41,617 nt of DNA, taken from NCBI GenBank assembly GCA_034408725.1, contig JAWXCN010000105.1, positions 1 to 41,617 of the forward strand, given 5' to 3'. Position numbers and translations under genes: made by a program. The notes under the pieces are model-generated. The model had not been told where the DNA came from. It saw only the letters and a program-made list of their open reading frames with translations, and searched no databases. This DNA comes from Candidatus Hydrogenedentota bacterium. Its GTDB lineage: Bacteria > Hydrogenedentota > Hydrogenedentia > Hydrogenedentales > SLHB01. Shown here piece by piece: positions 1-10,154 of the stretch (position 1 is the first letter of the stretch; the number at the start of each line of letters is the position of its first letter).

Positions 1-1099
1 CTGATGCCGGGCCCTTCTCGAACGGCAACCGGCCTGTAATGATTTCATACAGAATCATGCCCAGGCCGAAGACATCCGACCGTTCATCGACGCGGTCGAC
101 TTCGCCGCGCGCCTGCTCCGGCGACATATAGGCGGGGGTGCCCAGGATTGCGCCCGGTTCCGTCTTGCCTTCGGATGAACTGAACCCGACTTTTATCGCT
201 GTGACGGTTTTCTCGAATGCGTCGTATTGGATATCGGGTTTGCCTTTGACCTTGGCGAGTCCCCAATCGAGAATGACAGTTTCCCCGAATTGGCCGATCA
301 TGACGTTGCTGGGTTTCAGATCACGATGGATGACTCCGCGGCTGTGCGCGTAGGCCAGGCCGTGGCAAATATCGCCAAAACTGCGCACCAGTCCGAGGCG
401 TTCCGCCAGCGTTTTGCAATCTTTCAATGCGGCTGAAAACGTCTTTCCTTTCAGCAGCTTCATGGTGTAGTACGGCGTGCTGTCCGGGCGCAGGCCGACT
501 TCGTATACCGGAACGATGGAGGGGTGTTCGAGCTGGCTGGTTACTTTCGCTTCCTGCAGGAACCGCGCGACGATGCTGGCCGTTCTGCGAGCGGGACTTG
601 GTTTGTCGACGTTGGCATCGGGAATGGAAAGCAGTTCCTTGAGAATGATGTCGCGTCCAAGGCTCTCGTCGTGGACGAGGAGCAGACGGCCTTGCCCACC
701 GCGCGCGTGCTCAGACTTGAGCCAGTACCTGCCGGGGTGCTCCTTGATTTCCGATATGGACCGCAGATAATCCAGGTCGTCCGCCATTTCATCAAATGGA
801 CGGCCTTTGACGGTTTGTGGCGTCAGCGTTTCAATCGAGCTGCAAACGATAGAGGCGTCACGAAAAGTCTTCAGCGCCGCGGCCGAATCTCCGCCGTGTT
901 CGGCGATAGCTTCATTCACGAGACTCAGAAGCAACTCGTGGTCTTCCGGGGAGATTATTTTGCCGTCCAGAAAACGTGTGGGAAGGTCTTTATCTGGTCC
1001 GGCGGCCCATGCGGCCGCGATTTCCATGAGCTTGGAGGGCGTGATTTTCCGCAGTTGGACAGCCAATACTGCGAACAAGAGATTTCTGTCGCGGTCCAC
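1..1099 (-). CDS. Hanks-type Ser/Thr protein kinase (3' end outside the window)
   Basis: Not in the ORF track because it runs off the edge. Manual minus-strand translation from GTG 1099 gives MDRDRNLLFAVLAVQLRKI..., then GLAYAHSRGVIHRDLKPSNVM, VILDWGLAK, GTPAYMSPEQA and SDVFGLGMILYEIITG (kinase subdomains VIb-IX). Confidence 0.93.
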   Translation of the reverse strand, partial: MDRDRNLLFAVLAVQLRKITPSKLMEIAAAWAAGPDKDLPTRFLDGKIISPEDHELLLSLVNEAIAEHGGDSAAALKTFRDASIVCSSIETLTPQTVKGRPFDEMADDLDYLRSISEIKEHPGRYWLKSEHARGGQGRLLLVHDESLGRDIILKELLSIPDANVDKPSPARRTASIVARFLQEAKVTSQLEHPSIVPVYEVGLRPDSTPYYTMKLLKGKTFSAALKDCKTLAERLGLVRSFGDICHGLAYAHSRGVIHRDLKPSNVMIGQFGETVILDWGLAKVKGKPDIQYDAFEKTVTAIKVGFSSSEGKTEPGAILGTPAYMSPEQARGEVDRVDERSDVFGLGMILYEIITGRLPFEKGPAS

Positions 1100-1229
1100 G
1101 CAACCGTCCCTATACCCGATGGTATTATTGCCATCGCCCAGCCCTACTTTACTATAACACAAATCGCGGCATAGTCAAGTACAACCGCATCCGTAGGCAG
1201 GGCAAGACGTCACTTGGCCGCGCGAAGCG

Positions 1230-1400
1230 CCTTGGACTGCGGCGTGTCAGCGCCGCTTTCACTTCGGGGTACTCGAATGCTCCAATAATTTTGAAAGCTT
1301 CGAGATTACGTGAATCGAAACCAGGGTAATCACGTTTCATTGCGAAGCGACTTTTCCCAGGAAATGGAAAGCGGCAGCTACCCGCTGCCGCAGTCCAAGG
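1230..1400. repeat. REP/REPIN-like inverted doublet
   Basis: CCTTGGACTGCGGC-n-GCCGCTTTC (1230-1260) and the inverted copy GAAAGCGGC-n-GCCGCAGTCCAAGG (1367-1400). Each copy is internally palindromic; the spacer is AT-richer; intergenic. Confidence 0.75.
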
Positions 1401-1445
1401 CAGATTTTGGACAGCGCATCCCATTGCCCGGCATTCGCACGCGAA

Positions 1446-2852
1446 TCAAAGCCGGTTAAAACCGTTCAAGGCGGCGACCCGGTACGCCTCGGCCATGGTG
1501 GGATAATTGAAGGTGGTGTTCAGGAAATAGTTCAGCGAATTGGCGTCGCCTTTCTGGGACAAGATTGCCTGGCCGATGTGAATAATTTCTGACGCGTTCG
1601 ATCCGAAACAATGTATGCCGAGCAATTCCAGCGTCTCGCGGTGAAAAAGTATTTTCAGCATGCCCACGGTTTGACCCGTAATTTGCGCGCGCGCAAGACT
1701 CTTGAATTGCGCGTGACCCACTTCGTAGGGAATTTTTGCCTCGGTCAGTTCTCGCTCGGTCTTGCCGACGGAGCTGATTTCCGGCGAGGTATATATCCCG
1801 GTCGGAATGTCGCGCACGAGTGCCGGGTCGTCCTCGCCAAGAATCACCGTTGCGACGTAGCGGCCCTGGACGTATGCGGCGCTCGCCAACGCCGCGCCGC
1901 CCGCGACATCTCCGGCGACGTAGATGTGCGGGTGGCTGGTGGTCTGGTAGCGATCGTTAATGGGGATTTGACCGCGCGAATTCGGGACGATTCCCAGCGC
2001 GTCGAGATTCAGGTCATGGGAATTGCCAGCGCGTCCGTTCGCCCAAAGCAATATGTCAGTTTTGAGTTGTTTGCGGGATTTGAGATGAAGCACGACTTCA
2101 TCCTCGCGTCCTTCGACGCGCGTGTAGGTTTCCATGTGCCGAATCAGGACGCCGCGTTCCCGCATGTGATAACTCAGCGCGTCGGTAATTTCGTCATCAA
2201 GAAACTCGAGCAGATGCTCGCGCGTATTGACAAGATTCACTTTCACATCGAGATTGCGAAACATGGACGCGTATTCGCAGCCAATGACACCCGCGCCGTA
2301 GATCGTGATTGAGCGCGGCGTCTCGGACAGATTCAATATGGTGTCGCTGTCGAATACCCGTGGATGCGTGAAATCCACGTCGGGCGGCCGGTACGGCCCG
2401 GACCCGGTAGCAATAACGATTGAATCGGCGGTCATGCGTCGCGTGTCGTCGCCGTTGTTGCGTATTTCCACCGTATGCGGATCGATAAAAGCTGCGTTGC
2501 CATGGAGCAGCTCGACGCCATTGCGCACATAGAAATTTTTGCGCATGCTGACCTGGCGGTCGATGACGTTCGCGGCGGTCTTGCGCAATTCGGGAAATGT
2601 TTGGTTGAGCGAAATGCCGACTTCCTGAAAGAGGGGATGGTTTCTGGCCTGCGTCAACATGTAAATCGCGAAACGCAGCGCCTTGCTCGGGATGGTTGCG
2701 AGGTGCGTGCAATTGCCGCCCACTTCGAGCATTCGCTCGACGACGGCTACGGTCTTGCCGCTCTTGACCGCCTGCATGGCCGCGCCTTCACCCGCGGGAC
2801 CCGTGCCGATGACCAGTACTTCAACTTGGCGTGGTTCAGTGTTTTCGGGCAT
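1446..2852 (-). CDS. sthA: Soluble pyridine nucleotide transhydrogenase (Si-specific NAD(P)+ transhydrogenase)
   Basis: GTGPAG FAD motif, [15 protein letters not shown] (CxxxxT replacing the redox disulfide), [12 protein letters not shown]-terminal [21 protein letters not shown]. Confidence 0.95.
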   Translation of the reverse strand: MPENTEPRQVEVLVIGTGPAGEGAAMQAVKSGKTVAVVERMLEVGGNCTHLATIPSKALRFAIYMLTQARNHPLFQEVGISLNQTFPELRKTAANVIDRQVSMRKNFYVRNGVELLHGNAAFIDPHTVEIRNNGDDTRRMTADSIVIATGSGPYRPPDVDFTHPRVFDSDTILNLSETPRSITIYGAGVIGCEYASMFRNLDVKVNLVNTREHLLEFLDDEITDALSYHMRERGVLIRHMETYTRVEGREDEVVLHLKSRKQLKTDILLWANGRAGNSHDLNLDALGIVPNSRGQIPINDRYQTTSHPHIYVAGDVAGGAALASAAYVQGRYVATVILGEDDPALVRDIPTGIYTSPEISSVGKTERELTEAKIPYEVGHAQFKSLARAQITGQTVGMLKILFHRETLELLGIHCFGSNASEIIHIGQAILSQKGDANSLNYFLNTTFNYPTMAEAYRVAALNGFNRL

Positions 2853-2929
2853 ACCCGAGCCAATCCTTTCCTTCTGACCGGTCGATTCCTGAACCTTACC
2901 ACGCGGCGCGGCATGCTTCCAGCGTCATT

Positions 2930-3826
2930 TCATTTTGAATAAATGGCGTTCCGCAGCGCGGGCTCCAGTTCGCGTGCGGCAAACGTGAACCCGCTTTCCT
3001 CGAGTCGCTTTGGCGTCACGCGCGTGCTGGCCAGGAGCATTTCATCCGCCATTTCACCGAGGGCAAAACGGGCAACGCCCGCGGGCATGGAAAGAAATGT
3101 CGGACGCTTGAGAACATGTCCAAGGGTTTTTGTAAGCTCGTGATTGGTCACTGGCGATGGTGAACATACGTTGAGCGGTCCGGCGATGAATGGATTGTCG
3201 AGCGCGTGAAGTATCGCTTGTACGACATCGCGAATGTCGATCCAGCTTATGTACTGTTTGCCATCGCCTATCACACCACCCACACCGAATTTGAACGCGG
3301 TCATCATCTGTTTGAACGCGCCGCCATCGGCGGCGAGCACGATCCCAAAGCGCAGGTTCACTACGCGGATGCCGGCGTCTCTCGCGGGCAGGGTGCTGTC
3401 CTCCCACTCCTTACACACGTCCGCGAGAAATCCTGTGCCCGGACTGCTGTCTTCATCCAGCCATTCATCGCCACGAGAGCCATACCATCCGATGGCCGAC
3501 GCGCATAGCCACACCTTTGGCGGCGCGGAAATTGAAGTGAGGGCTGACGCAAGCAGTTGTGTTGATTTGACGCGGCTATCGCGAATCGCCTGTTTCTTCG
3601 CCGCAGTCCACCGCCCACTTGCGACGCCCTCTCCGGATAGATGGACTAGTATGTCCGCGCCGGACAGTGCTTCGACGTCAAGACGTCCCGCATTAGGATC
3701 CCAAAGGATGTCGGCGCCACCGGGCGCTTTCCGCACCAGGTGCTGAATCTCATGGCCACTTTCACGCAATTGGTCATCAAGTGCATGGCCGATTAGACCA
3801 CTTCCGCCGCCGATAATAATGCGCAT
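2930..3826 (-). CDS. TIGR01777/YfcH-family NAD-dependent epimerase-like oxidoreductase
   Basis: GGSGLIG Rossmann motif, RWTAAKKQAIRDSRV, SASAIG-like motif (CASAIGWYG), GDGKQYISWI, C-terminal DUF1731-like LLASTRVTPKRLEESGF. Confidence 0.93.
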   Translation of the reverse strand: MRIIIGGGSGLIGHALDDQLRESGHEIQHLVRKAPGGADILWDPNAGRLDVEALSGADILVHLSGEGVASGRWTAAKKQAIRDSRVKSTQLLASALTSISAPPKVWLCASAIGWYGSRGDEWLDEDSSPGTGFLADVCKEWEDSTLPARDAGIRVVNLRFGIVLAADGGAFKQMMTAFKFGVGGVIGDGKQYISWIDIRDVVQAILHALDNPFIAGPLNVCSPSPVTNHELTKTLGHVLKRPTFLSMPAGVARFALGEMADEMLLASTRVTPKRLEESGFTFAARELEPALRNAIYSK

Positions 3827-3903
3827 AGCTCGAACTGCCTTCCTGTTCGGAGTCCGAATTCATATTGTACGCAGGTAGCGTCATTTGTAGTTTACTTTTA
3901 TGT

Positions 3904-3933
3904 TTGACATCTAACGGTTAGATATGATACATT
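3904..3933 (+). promoter_or_regulatory. Sigma70-like promoter with a palindromic operator upstream of marR
   Basis: TTGACA (3904-3909), 18-nt spacer, TG-n-TACATT (3925-3933). Perfect palindrome ATCTAAC-G-GTTAGAT (3909-3923) sits in the spacer. RBS AGGAG precedes GTG 3968. Confidence 0.7.
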
Positions 3934-3967
3934 GGCTTCGTCGAAGGGAAAATAGGAGATAATTAAA

Positions 3968-4465
3968 GTGTCGCTCGACCGGGAATTGAATCTGGAAGCC
4001 CCGTTCAAAGACATCCACCATGAGGCGGTGCTAAACATTGTCCGGACGGGCAGTGTCTTAACGTCAATTGGCGATCAATTGTTCCGCCTGTCCCATTTGA
4101 CGGAAGCCCAGTTTAATGTTTTGTTTTCGCTGAAACATAATCCGCGCAACACGACCCAATCCGATCTTGGCCGGCGGCTGGTTGTGACACGGGCCAGTAT
4201 CACGTCGGTGCTGGACAAACTTGAGGCAAAGGGACTCGTCGCGCGGGTCGGCGTGCCAGACAACCGGCGCATCAACCACGTGGTGTTGACGGACAAGGGC
4301 CGGGCGTTGGTTGACAAGATGGAACCGTTGTACCGGGACAAGATTCACGAGGCGATGCGCGGACTTTCGGAAGAAGATTGCAGGGCGTTAATCGAGGTAT
4401 TGGAGCGCGTACGCGCGCATGCAGCCGAGCCCAAGCAAATGGTTGTACGTAACGAAACAATCTAA
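3968..4465 (+). CDS. MarR family transcriptional regulator
   Basis: LTEAQFNVL, TQSDLGRRLVVTRASITSVLDKLEAKGLVAR, DNRR..VVLTDKG winged-helix pattern. Confidence 0.93.
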   Translation: MSLDRELNLEAPFKDIHHEAVLNIVRTGSVLTSIGDQLFRLSHLTEAQFNVLFSLKHNPRNTTQSDLGRRLVVTRASITSVLDKLEAKGLVARVGVPDNRRINHVVLTDKGRALVDKMEPLYRDKIHEAMRGLSEEDCRALIEVLERVRAHAAEPKQMVVRNETI

Positions 4466-4524
4466 TGTAGACTATGCGAAGGCCTTGCTGCGAAGGCCGT
4501 GCGCAAGTCGGGGACATTTTTCAC

Positions 4525-7500
4525 ATGGACACTACTGAGACCGTCGTACACGCCGGTCAGCCAAAAACTTATCGCCCCGGAGGATTCTGGGCATTTGTAA
4601 CGACCCAGTTCCAGGGGGCGCTGAACGACAATTTATACAAATCGATTCTCATGTTCTTCCTTGCGGCGGTGCTGCAGATTGAAGAAGGGCATGTCGTCGC
4701 GATCACGACGGTGTTGATGGCGCTCCCGTTTATTCTTTTCCCCGGTTTTTTTGGCGCGTTGTCGGACCGATACTCGAAAAAAGATATCGCAATCTGGGTT
4801 AAGTATCTTGAATTCGTGATCGTGACCATTGGCGCCGCCGGGTTCTTTTTCCATTCCCCATATATACTTTATACGGTGATGTTTCTAATGGGCGCCCACT
4901 CGGCAATGTTTGGTCCCGCGAAATACGGCATCCTGCCGGAAACGCTGCCCGAAGAGCGGTTGTCGTGGAGCAACGGCATTGTCCAGATGACGACAATGCT
5001 CTCCGTCATTGCCGGTCAGATTCTAGCCGGCGTGCTGTTCGATCTGTTGGGAGTTAATAGGTCCTATTTGGTTGGATTCGGACTGATGGGCCTGACCTGC
5101 ATCGGTATCGTCACCGCATGGCGCATCACGCGTCCCGAACCGGCGAATCCCGCGCAAAGTTTCCCGATCAATCCCTGGAAAGGCATGGGCCGCGACCTCG
5201 GAATCATTTGGCGGAACCGCTGGCTGCGCATGATTGCGTTTGGCTACACCTATTTCTGGTTCGCGGGCGCGATGCTGATTGGCGCGGTCGTTGATTGGAA
5301 AAGCGTGCTGCTGCTGTCCGCGACGCAGGTGGCCGTGTTGAGCGGATTGCTGTCGCTTGGCATTGGTCTGGGCGCGTTGACGGCGGGTCTCGCGTCACGC
5401 GGCAAGATCGAGATGGGTTTGGTGCCTATTGGCGCCGGCATCATGGGAATCGGCTGCATCTTGGCGTACTGGTTCGCATGGTCATATTCTTCCGCGGTCG
5501 CATTTGCATTCATCATTGGATTCGGCGGCGGGTTCTTTGACGTTCCACTGGCGGCCGGTCTGCAATACCTGAGCCCGAAACAATCGCGCGGTGGCGTGAT
5601 GGCCGCGGCGAATATGCTGACGTGGATCGGTATCCTGATTGGCGGGGGCCTCTATTTTCTGCGTCCTACCTTGGGCGTGAGCGTACACGCGGTATTTTTG
5701 GCGGTAGGAATTTCAACGCTGGCCGTGCTTACAATCGTGTGCGCATTGACGCCGATCATCGCCATTCGATCGGTGTTGTGGCTGCTGGCAAATACGGTCT
5801 ACCGCCTGAACGTGCGCGGACGCGTGAACATCCCCGAAGACGGCGGCGCGTTGCTGGTTGCGAACCACGTGTCATTCATTGATGCATTGGTCGTCAGCGC
5901 GGCGATTGATCGCCCTGTCCGGTTCATCATGCACGATGAAATCTATCAAACCTGGTGGATTCGCCCCATCGCGCACATGATGGGCGCCATACCCATTTCC
6001 GCGATGGGCGGTCCGCGCGAGCTTGTCCAGTCGATGCGCACGGCGACCGAAGCGATTCGGACGGGAGAGATTGTGTGCATCTTCGCGGAAGGCCAGATTT
6101 CGCGCACCGGCCAGATGCTTCCGTTCCGCAAGGGCTTCGAGCGGATCATGAAAGACGTCGAAGCGCCGATTATACCGGTGCAGTTGGACCGGCTTTGGGG
6201 CAGTATCTGGAGTTTCGACAAGGGCCGTTTTTTTTGGAAAGCACCGCGCCGCATCCCCTATCACGTTACGATCAGCTTCGGGAAACCGCTGCCGCATGAC
6301 GCGGACAGTGTCGCCGTGCGTGATGCGATCATGGACTTGGGCACCGAGGCATGGATAGCAAGAAAGCTGGACCAGCCGCTGTTGCACCGCGCGTTTATCC
6401 GGACCATGCGCGCGCATCCATTTGCCATGGCGCTGGCCGACGGGCGCACGCCGAAACTTTCGTTTCTGATGAGCTATGTTGGCGCGATTGCGATCGGGCG
6501 CAAGTTGAAGAAGATTCTGGGGCCGGAACCCATGACGGGCATATTGCTCCCTCAATCTGTGGGCGGCGCCGTTACGAACATCGCGTTGCAGATCATGGGC
6601 AAAGTCGCGGTCAACCTCAACTACACCGCGTCCAACGAATCCGTTGCATCCGCCGCGCGGCAATGCGGCATTACGCATGTGCTCACCGCGAAAGAATTTT
6701 TGCAAAAAGTGCCGATGGAAGTACCGGGAACCACGGTGCTTCTCGACGATGTCAAGAAGAGCATAACAAGCAGTGACAAGATCGTGGCGATTTTGCTGGC
6801 GGTGTTTTGTCCGATGCGTGTCGTCGAAAAAGCGCTGGGCTCGCCAACGGGCCGCACCGAAGACGATCTGTGTACGGTAATTTTTTCGAGCGGCAGCGAG
6901 GGCGAACCCAAGGGCGTAATGCTCTCTCATAAAAACGTGTTGACGAATTGCGAAGCGGTCGCGCAGGTCTTTCCACATGAAACCGGCGACGGCTTCATGG
7001 GCATTCTGCCGTTCTTCCATTCGTTCGGATTCATGGGGACCTTGTGGTTGCCACTGTGGCGCGGATTCTTCACGGTCTACCACCCGAACCCGCTGGAACC
7101 GAAAATTATCGGCCAGTTGATATTCCGGTATCGGCCCCGGTTCCTCATCGCGACGCCAACATTCTTGCAAGGCTTCATTCGCAGGTGCCTGCCGGAAGAA
7201 TTGAGCAGCCTCGAATATGTGATTACCGGTGCGGAGAAACTGCCGCAACGCGTGCGCGAAGCGTTCCTCGCGAAGTTTGGCGTTGAACCGCTTGAGGGCT
7301 ACGGCACGACGGAATGCGCGCCGGCAGTGTCAGTGAACGTGCCTGATTTCCGGGCGCCAGGCTTTTATCAAGTAGGCACCAAGCACGGCACGATTGGTCA
7401 AACCCTGCCGGGCGTGAGCGTAAGAGTCGTCGATCCCGACACGAGCGTACGCGTGCCGCACGGCGGCTCCGGCTTGTTGCTCGTGAAAGGCCCGAACATA

Positions 7501-7950
7501 ATGAAAGGCTATCTCGGCCAACCGGAAAAAACCGCGATCGTATTGCAGGACGGCTGGTATAACACGGGCGACATCGCCGCAATCGACGAGGAAGGGTTCA
7601 TCACAATCACGGACCGGCTCGCGCGATTCAGCAAAATCGCGGGCGAGATGGTGCCGCACACCAAGGTCGAGGAAACGCTGCACAAGCTGCTCGACATGAA
7701 CGACCAAACTTTCGCGGTCACCAGCGTGCCCGACGAGCAAAAAGGCGAACGGCTCATCGTGCTGCACACGCTGATGGACGGCGAACTGGAAGTGCTCGTG
7801 GACAAACTCAAAGATTCCGAGTTGCCAAACCTGTGGCGGCCAAAGCCGACGTCGTTCTATCGCATCGCGGAAATACCCTTGCTCGGCACCGGCAAAATGG
7901 ATTTAAAAAAGATTAAGACCCTCGCGAAGGAAATGGATGTTGGCGAGTGA
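4525..7950 (+). CDS. aas: LplT-like MFS / 2-acylglycerophosphoethanolamine acyltransferase / acyl-ACP synthetase fusion
   Basis: N-terminal MFS (TQFQGALNDN, FGPAKYGILP), PlsC motifs NHVSFID and FAEG, AMP-binding FSSGSEGEPKG, YGTTE, GWYNTGD, RFSKIAGEMV. Start moved to ATG 4525. Confidence 0.92.
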   Translation: MDTTETVVHAGQPKTYRPGGFWAFVTTQFQGALNDNLYKSILMFFLAAVLQIEEGHVVAITTVLMALPFILFPGFFGALSDRYSKKDIAIWVKYLEFVIVTIGAAGFFFHSPYILYTVMFLMGAHSAMFGPAKYGILPETLPEERLSWSNGIVQMTTMLSVIAGQILAGVLFDLLGVNRSYLVGFGLMGLTCIGIVTAWRITRPEPANPAQSFPINPWKGMGRDLGIIWRNRWLRMIAFGYTYFWFAGAMLIGAVVDWKSVLLLSATQVAVLSGLLSLGIGLGALTAGLASRGKIEMGLVPIGAGIMGIGCILAYWFAWSYSSAVAFAFIIGFGGGFFDVPLAAGLQYLSPKQSRGGVMAAANMLTWIGILIGGGLYFLRPTLGVSVHAVFLAVGISTLAVLTIVCALTPIIAIRSVLWLLANTVYRLNVRGRVNIPEDGGALLVANHVSFIDALVVSAAIDRPVRFIMHDEIYQTWWIRPIAHMMGAIPISAMGGPRELVQSMRTATEAIRTGEIVCIFAEGQISRTGQMLPFRKGFERIMKDVEAPIIPVQLDRLWGSIWSFDKGRFFWKAPRRIPYHVTISFGKPLPHDADSVAVRDAIMDLGTEAWIARKLDQPLLHRAFIRTMRAHPFAMALADGRTPKLSFLMSYVGAIAIGRKLKKILGPEPMTGILLPQSVGGAVTNIALQIMGKVAVNLNYTASNESVASAARQCGITHVLTAKEFLQKVPMEVPGTTVLLDDVKKSITSSDKIVAILLAVFCPMRVVEKALGSPTGRTEDDLCTVIFSSGSEGEPKGVMLSHKNVLTNCEAVAQVFPHETGDGFMGILPFFHSFGFMGTLWLPLWRGFFTVYHPNPLEPKIIGQLIFRYRPRFLIATPTFLQGFIRRCLPEELSSLEYVITGAEKLPQRVREAFLAKFGVEPLEGYGTTECAPAVSVNVPDFRAPGFYQVGTKHGTIGQTLPGVSVRVVDPDTSVRVPHGGSGLLLVKGPNIMKGYLGQPEKTAIVLQDGWYNTGDIAAIDEEGFITITDRLARFSKIAGEMVPHTKVEETLHKLLDMNDQTFAVTSVPDEQKGERLIVLHTLMDGELEVLVDKLKDSELPNLWRPKPTSFYRIAEIPLLGTGKMDLKKIKTLAKEMDVGE

Positions 7951-8584
7951 GCGCATGAGACGTATGGGAGTGATGGGAATTATGGGCAATGCGGTGCTGG
8001 CATTGGCGGTCTGTCTCGTCATCAGTGTAGCCGAACCGATACCGGCAATTGATGCGACGCTCTCCGGCGCTATAACCAACGACGCAGAATTGCAAGGATG
8101 TTCGCTAGGCTGCGCCGTAGACTGGAAAGTTGAATCTTCGTCATCGCTCCCGGAACAGGCCGGAAACCGGCACGATGCAATCATGCTAAATGATTGGAGG
8201 TTGGACACGGCCTGGATCGAAAGCCAACCGGATTACGGAATTGGAGAATGGATACGGTTCGTCTTCGCAGAGGAGCTCTGGGAAAAATCCGCGCCTACCG
8301 CAGATAAAATCCGATTCCGCGGGTTTAGGATGCTGAACGGATATTCGAAATCGGAACCGGTATGGAAAGCCAATTCCCGGGTCAAGTCTTTCCGCCTGCT
8401 TCACAACAACGTTCCTCTTTTTGACATCAACTTGCGCGATTCCATGGAACAACAAGTTATCTACTTCAATGATGTTTGGCTTAGGGCCGGAGACGTAGTG
8501 GAACTTAAAATCACTGGGGTGTATCCCGGAGATAGCTACAAAGACACCGCGATTACTGAACTGATGCCCGATGGCGCGCACTAA
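7937..8584 (+). CDS. Secreted discoidin-like / NADase-type glycan-binding domain protein
   Basis: Hydrophobic signal segment, then TAWIE..GIGEWI, NGYSKS..WKANSRVK and LKITGVYPG..YKDTAITEL, typical of this beta-sandwich family. True start may be an ATG slightly downstream. Confidence 0.65.
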   Translation: MLASERMRRMGVMGIMGNAVLALAVCLVISVAEPIPAIDATLSGAITNDAELQGCSLGCAVDWKVESSSSLPEQAGNRHDAIMLNDWRLDTAWIESQPDYGIGEWIRFVFAEELWEKSAPTADKIRFRGFRMLNGYSKSEPVWKANSRVKSFRLLHNNVPLFDINLRDSMEQQVIYFNDVWLRAGDVVELKITGVYPGDSYKDTAITELMPDGAH

Positions 8585-8590
8585 CATTGA

Positions 8591-9607
8591 TTGATGACTA
8601 CAGAGACATCAGCCATCGAAAGCCCAATCAGTACCGTCGCCCGCGCGTCGCGCAAGCGTTTTTGGCGACGCGTCCGACTTACAATAGGTTGCGTTATTGT
8701 TATCGCCATGCTCGGCTGCAACACCCTTACCACAGCCCTCGTCGATCGCGTTGATGAGCGAGTCCCGCGCAACCATGACGGGGTGATTCTCGGCGCCGCG
8801 GAACGCAGCTTTGGCGATCCCCTCTCTCCGAACGCCGTGCTCTTCGTGCATGGCTATGCAGGCGCTGGCGACAATTTCAATCGCCTTCCCCAACAGTTCG
8901 CCCATGCCGGTTGGTTTGTTCGCGTCATGCGGTTGCCGGGGCACGGGACGAGTCCGCGGGACATGGAAAAAGTTACGGCGGACGAATTGCTCGAGGCCGT
9001 GCGATCAGAAGTTGCCGAACTTCGGGAGGAACACGAGCGCATCGTGCTGGTTGGACATTCGATGGGTGGCGCGTTGTGTACGCTTGCGGCTGCCGAGACG
9101 CCAGTCGATGGCCTCATTCTCGGCGGTGCGTATTTCGGCATCACCGATCGGTGGTACTACATTCTCAGCGGAGAAACCTGGACCCGCTTTTCCAGCAAGC
9201 TGATGCGCTGGGTGTACAAGGGCCATTTGTTCACGCAGGTCAACGACGACTCGGCCAAACCGAACATAACAAGTTACACCTGGCTTCCTACAAAGGCTGG
9301 CCTTACCCTAATAGAAATTGGGCGTCGCGCCAGCGCGCCCACTGTTTTGGAACGTGTGAAATGCACCGTGCTGATGTTTCATGCGCCGGGTGATATTGCG
9401 GCTTCGTCGCAGGCCGCTGAGAATGCGTTTGGAATGATGGGCAGCAAGGACAAGGAGTTGGTATGGTTGGAGAAATCCAATCATCACGTCTTTTGGGATT
9501 ACGACCATGAGGTCATCGAGCGCCGGGTTTCGGATTATGTCGGACTATTTGCCCAGTCCGAGGAAACGTTGAACCTGCCGAACCTTGATTCTGATTGCGG
9601 GGTCTAA
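8591..9607 (+). CDS. Alpha/beta hydrolase (carboxylesterase/lysophospholipase-like), probably membrane-anchored
   Basis: FVHGY oxyanion motif, LPGHG, nucleophile GHSMGG, Asp in PGDIA, His in SNHH. N-terminal hydrophobic segment ending MLGC. Confidence 0.88.
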   Translation: MMTTETSAIESPISTVARASRKRFWRRVRLTIGCVIVIAMLGCNTLTTALVDRVDERVPRNHDGVILGAAERSFGDPLSPNAVLFVHGYAGAGDNFNRLPQQFAHAGWFVRVMRLPGHGTSPRDMEKVTADELLEAVRSEVAELREEHERIVLVGHSMGGALCTLAAAETPVDGLILGGAYFGITDRWYYILSGETWTRFSSKLMRWVYKGHLFTQVNDDSAKPNITSYTWLPTKAGLTLIEIGRRASAPTVLERVKCTVLMFHAPGDIAASSQAAENAFGMMGSKDKELVWLEKSNHHVFWDYDHEVIERRVSDYVGLFAQSEETLNLPNLDSDCGV

Positions 9608-9703
9608 TTGGACGACGGTAGGCTATTCGCGGTAAACTATCATCACTTTGACTGGAAACGAACGCCGGCGTGTCCGGCACGAGAAAGTAAGGAGACTCAG
9701 CGC

Positions 9704-10021
9704 ATGAAGAAGATTGTAGTTCTGCTGACAATTGCCGCGGTTGCCGTTCTGGGGTGTACCCCACAGAACGCGCCGGACACGACCACGACACCTGCGCCGG
9801 TCAGCACGCCAACACCAGCCCCGGACCTGACTCCGGCGCTTGCTCCTGTTGATCCTATGCCGCTGCCCACGGTAGTGGAACCGGTGACTGAGGCCGTGCC
9901 TGCGCCTGCGACGACTGAACCGGCGCCCGCGCCAGAAGCCGCGGCGGGTGGTCAAGCACTGGGAAGCCTCGATGAGTTTGAGGTTAATACTGGCGGCAGC
10001 AGCGCGAGCAAGCGCCGCTAG
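9704..10021 (+). CDS. Small Pro/Thr/Ala-rich lipoprotein A (105 aa)
   Basis: RBS AAGGAG at 9689-9694, MKKIVVLLTIAAVAVLG-C lipobox, low-complexity P/T/A linker, followed by a terminator. Confidence 0.8.
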   Translation: MKKIVVLLTIAAVAVLGCTPQNAPDTTTTPAPVSTPTPAPDLTPALAPVDPMPLPTVVEPVTEAVPAPATTEPAPAPEAAAGGQALGSLDEFEVNTGGSSASKRR

Positions 10022-10040
10022 TTCAGCAGTAACTCTATTG

Positions 10041-10081
10041 GACGTCCCCGGTTTCGCATGGGATCGGGGGCGTCATTTTTT
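10041..10081 (+). terminator. Rho-independent terminator
   Basis: GACGTCCCCG ... CGGGGGCGTC stem followed by ATTTTTT, 20 nt after the lipoprotein A stop. Confidence 0.75.
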
Positions 10082-10154
10082 GTTGTATTTATGCCGGTGA
10101 TTACTCAAAAATGTTCGATGAACAAAATACGAACGAACCAGGGAGATGGACGGT

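Noticed and set aside
524-1174. 216-aa plus-strand ORF and neighbouring short ORFs
   Set aside because: Antisense shadow of the minus-strand Ser/Thr kinase, which has all the visible catalytic motifs.
5872-7248. 458-aa minus-strand ORF
   Set aside because: Lies antisense within aas, has no motifs, and is expected from GC-rich codon bias.
9770-9950. Quasi-repetitive CCG/ACG-rich DNA as a possible repeat array or CRISPR
   Set aside because: Explained by Pro/Thr/Ala codons of the lipoprotein linker; there are no constant repeats with spacers.
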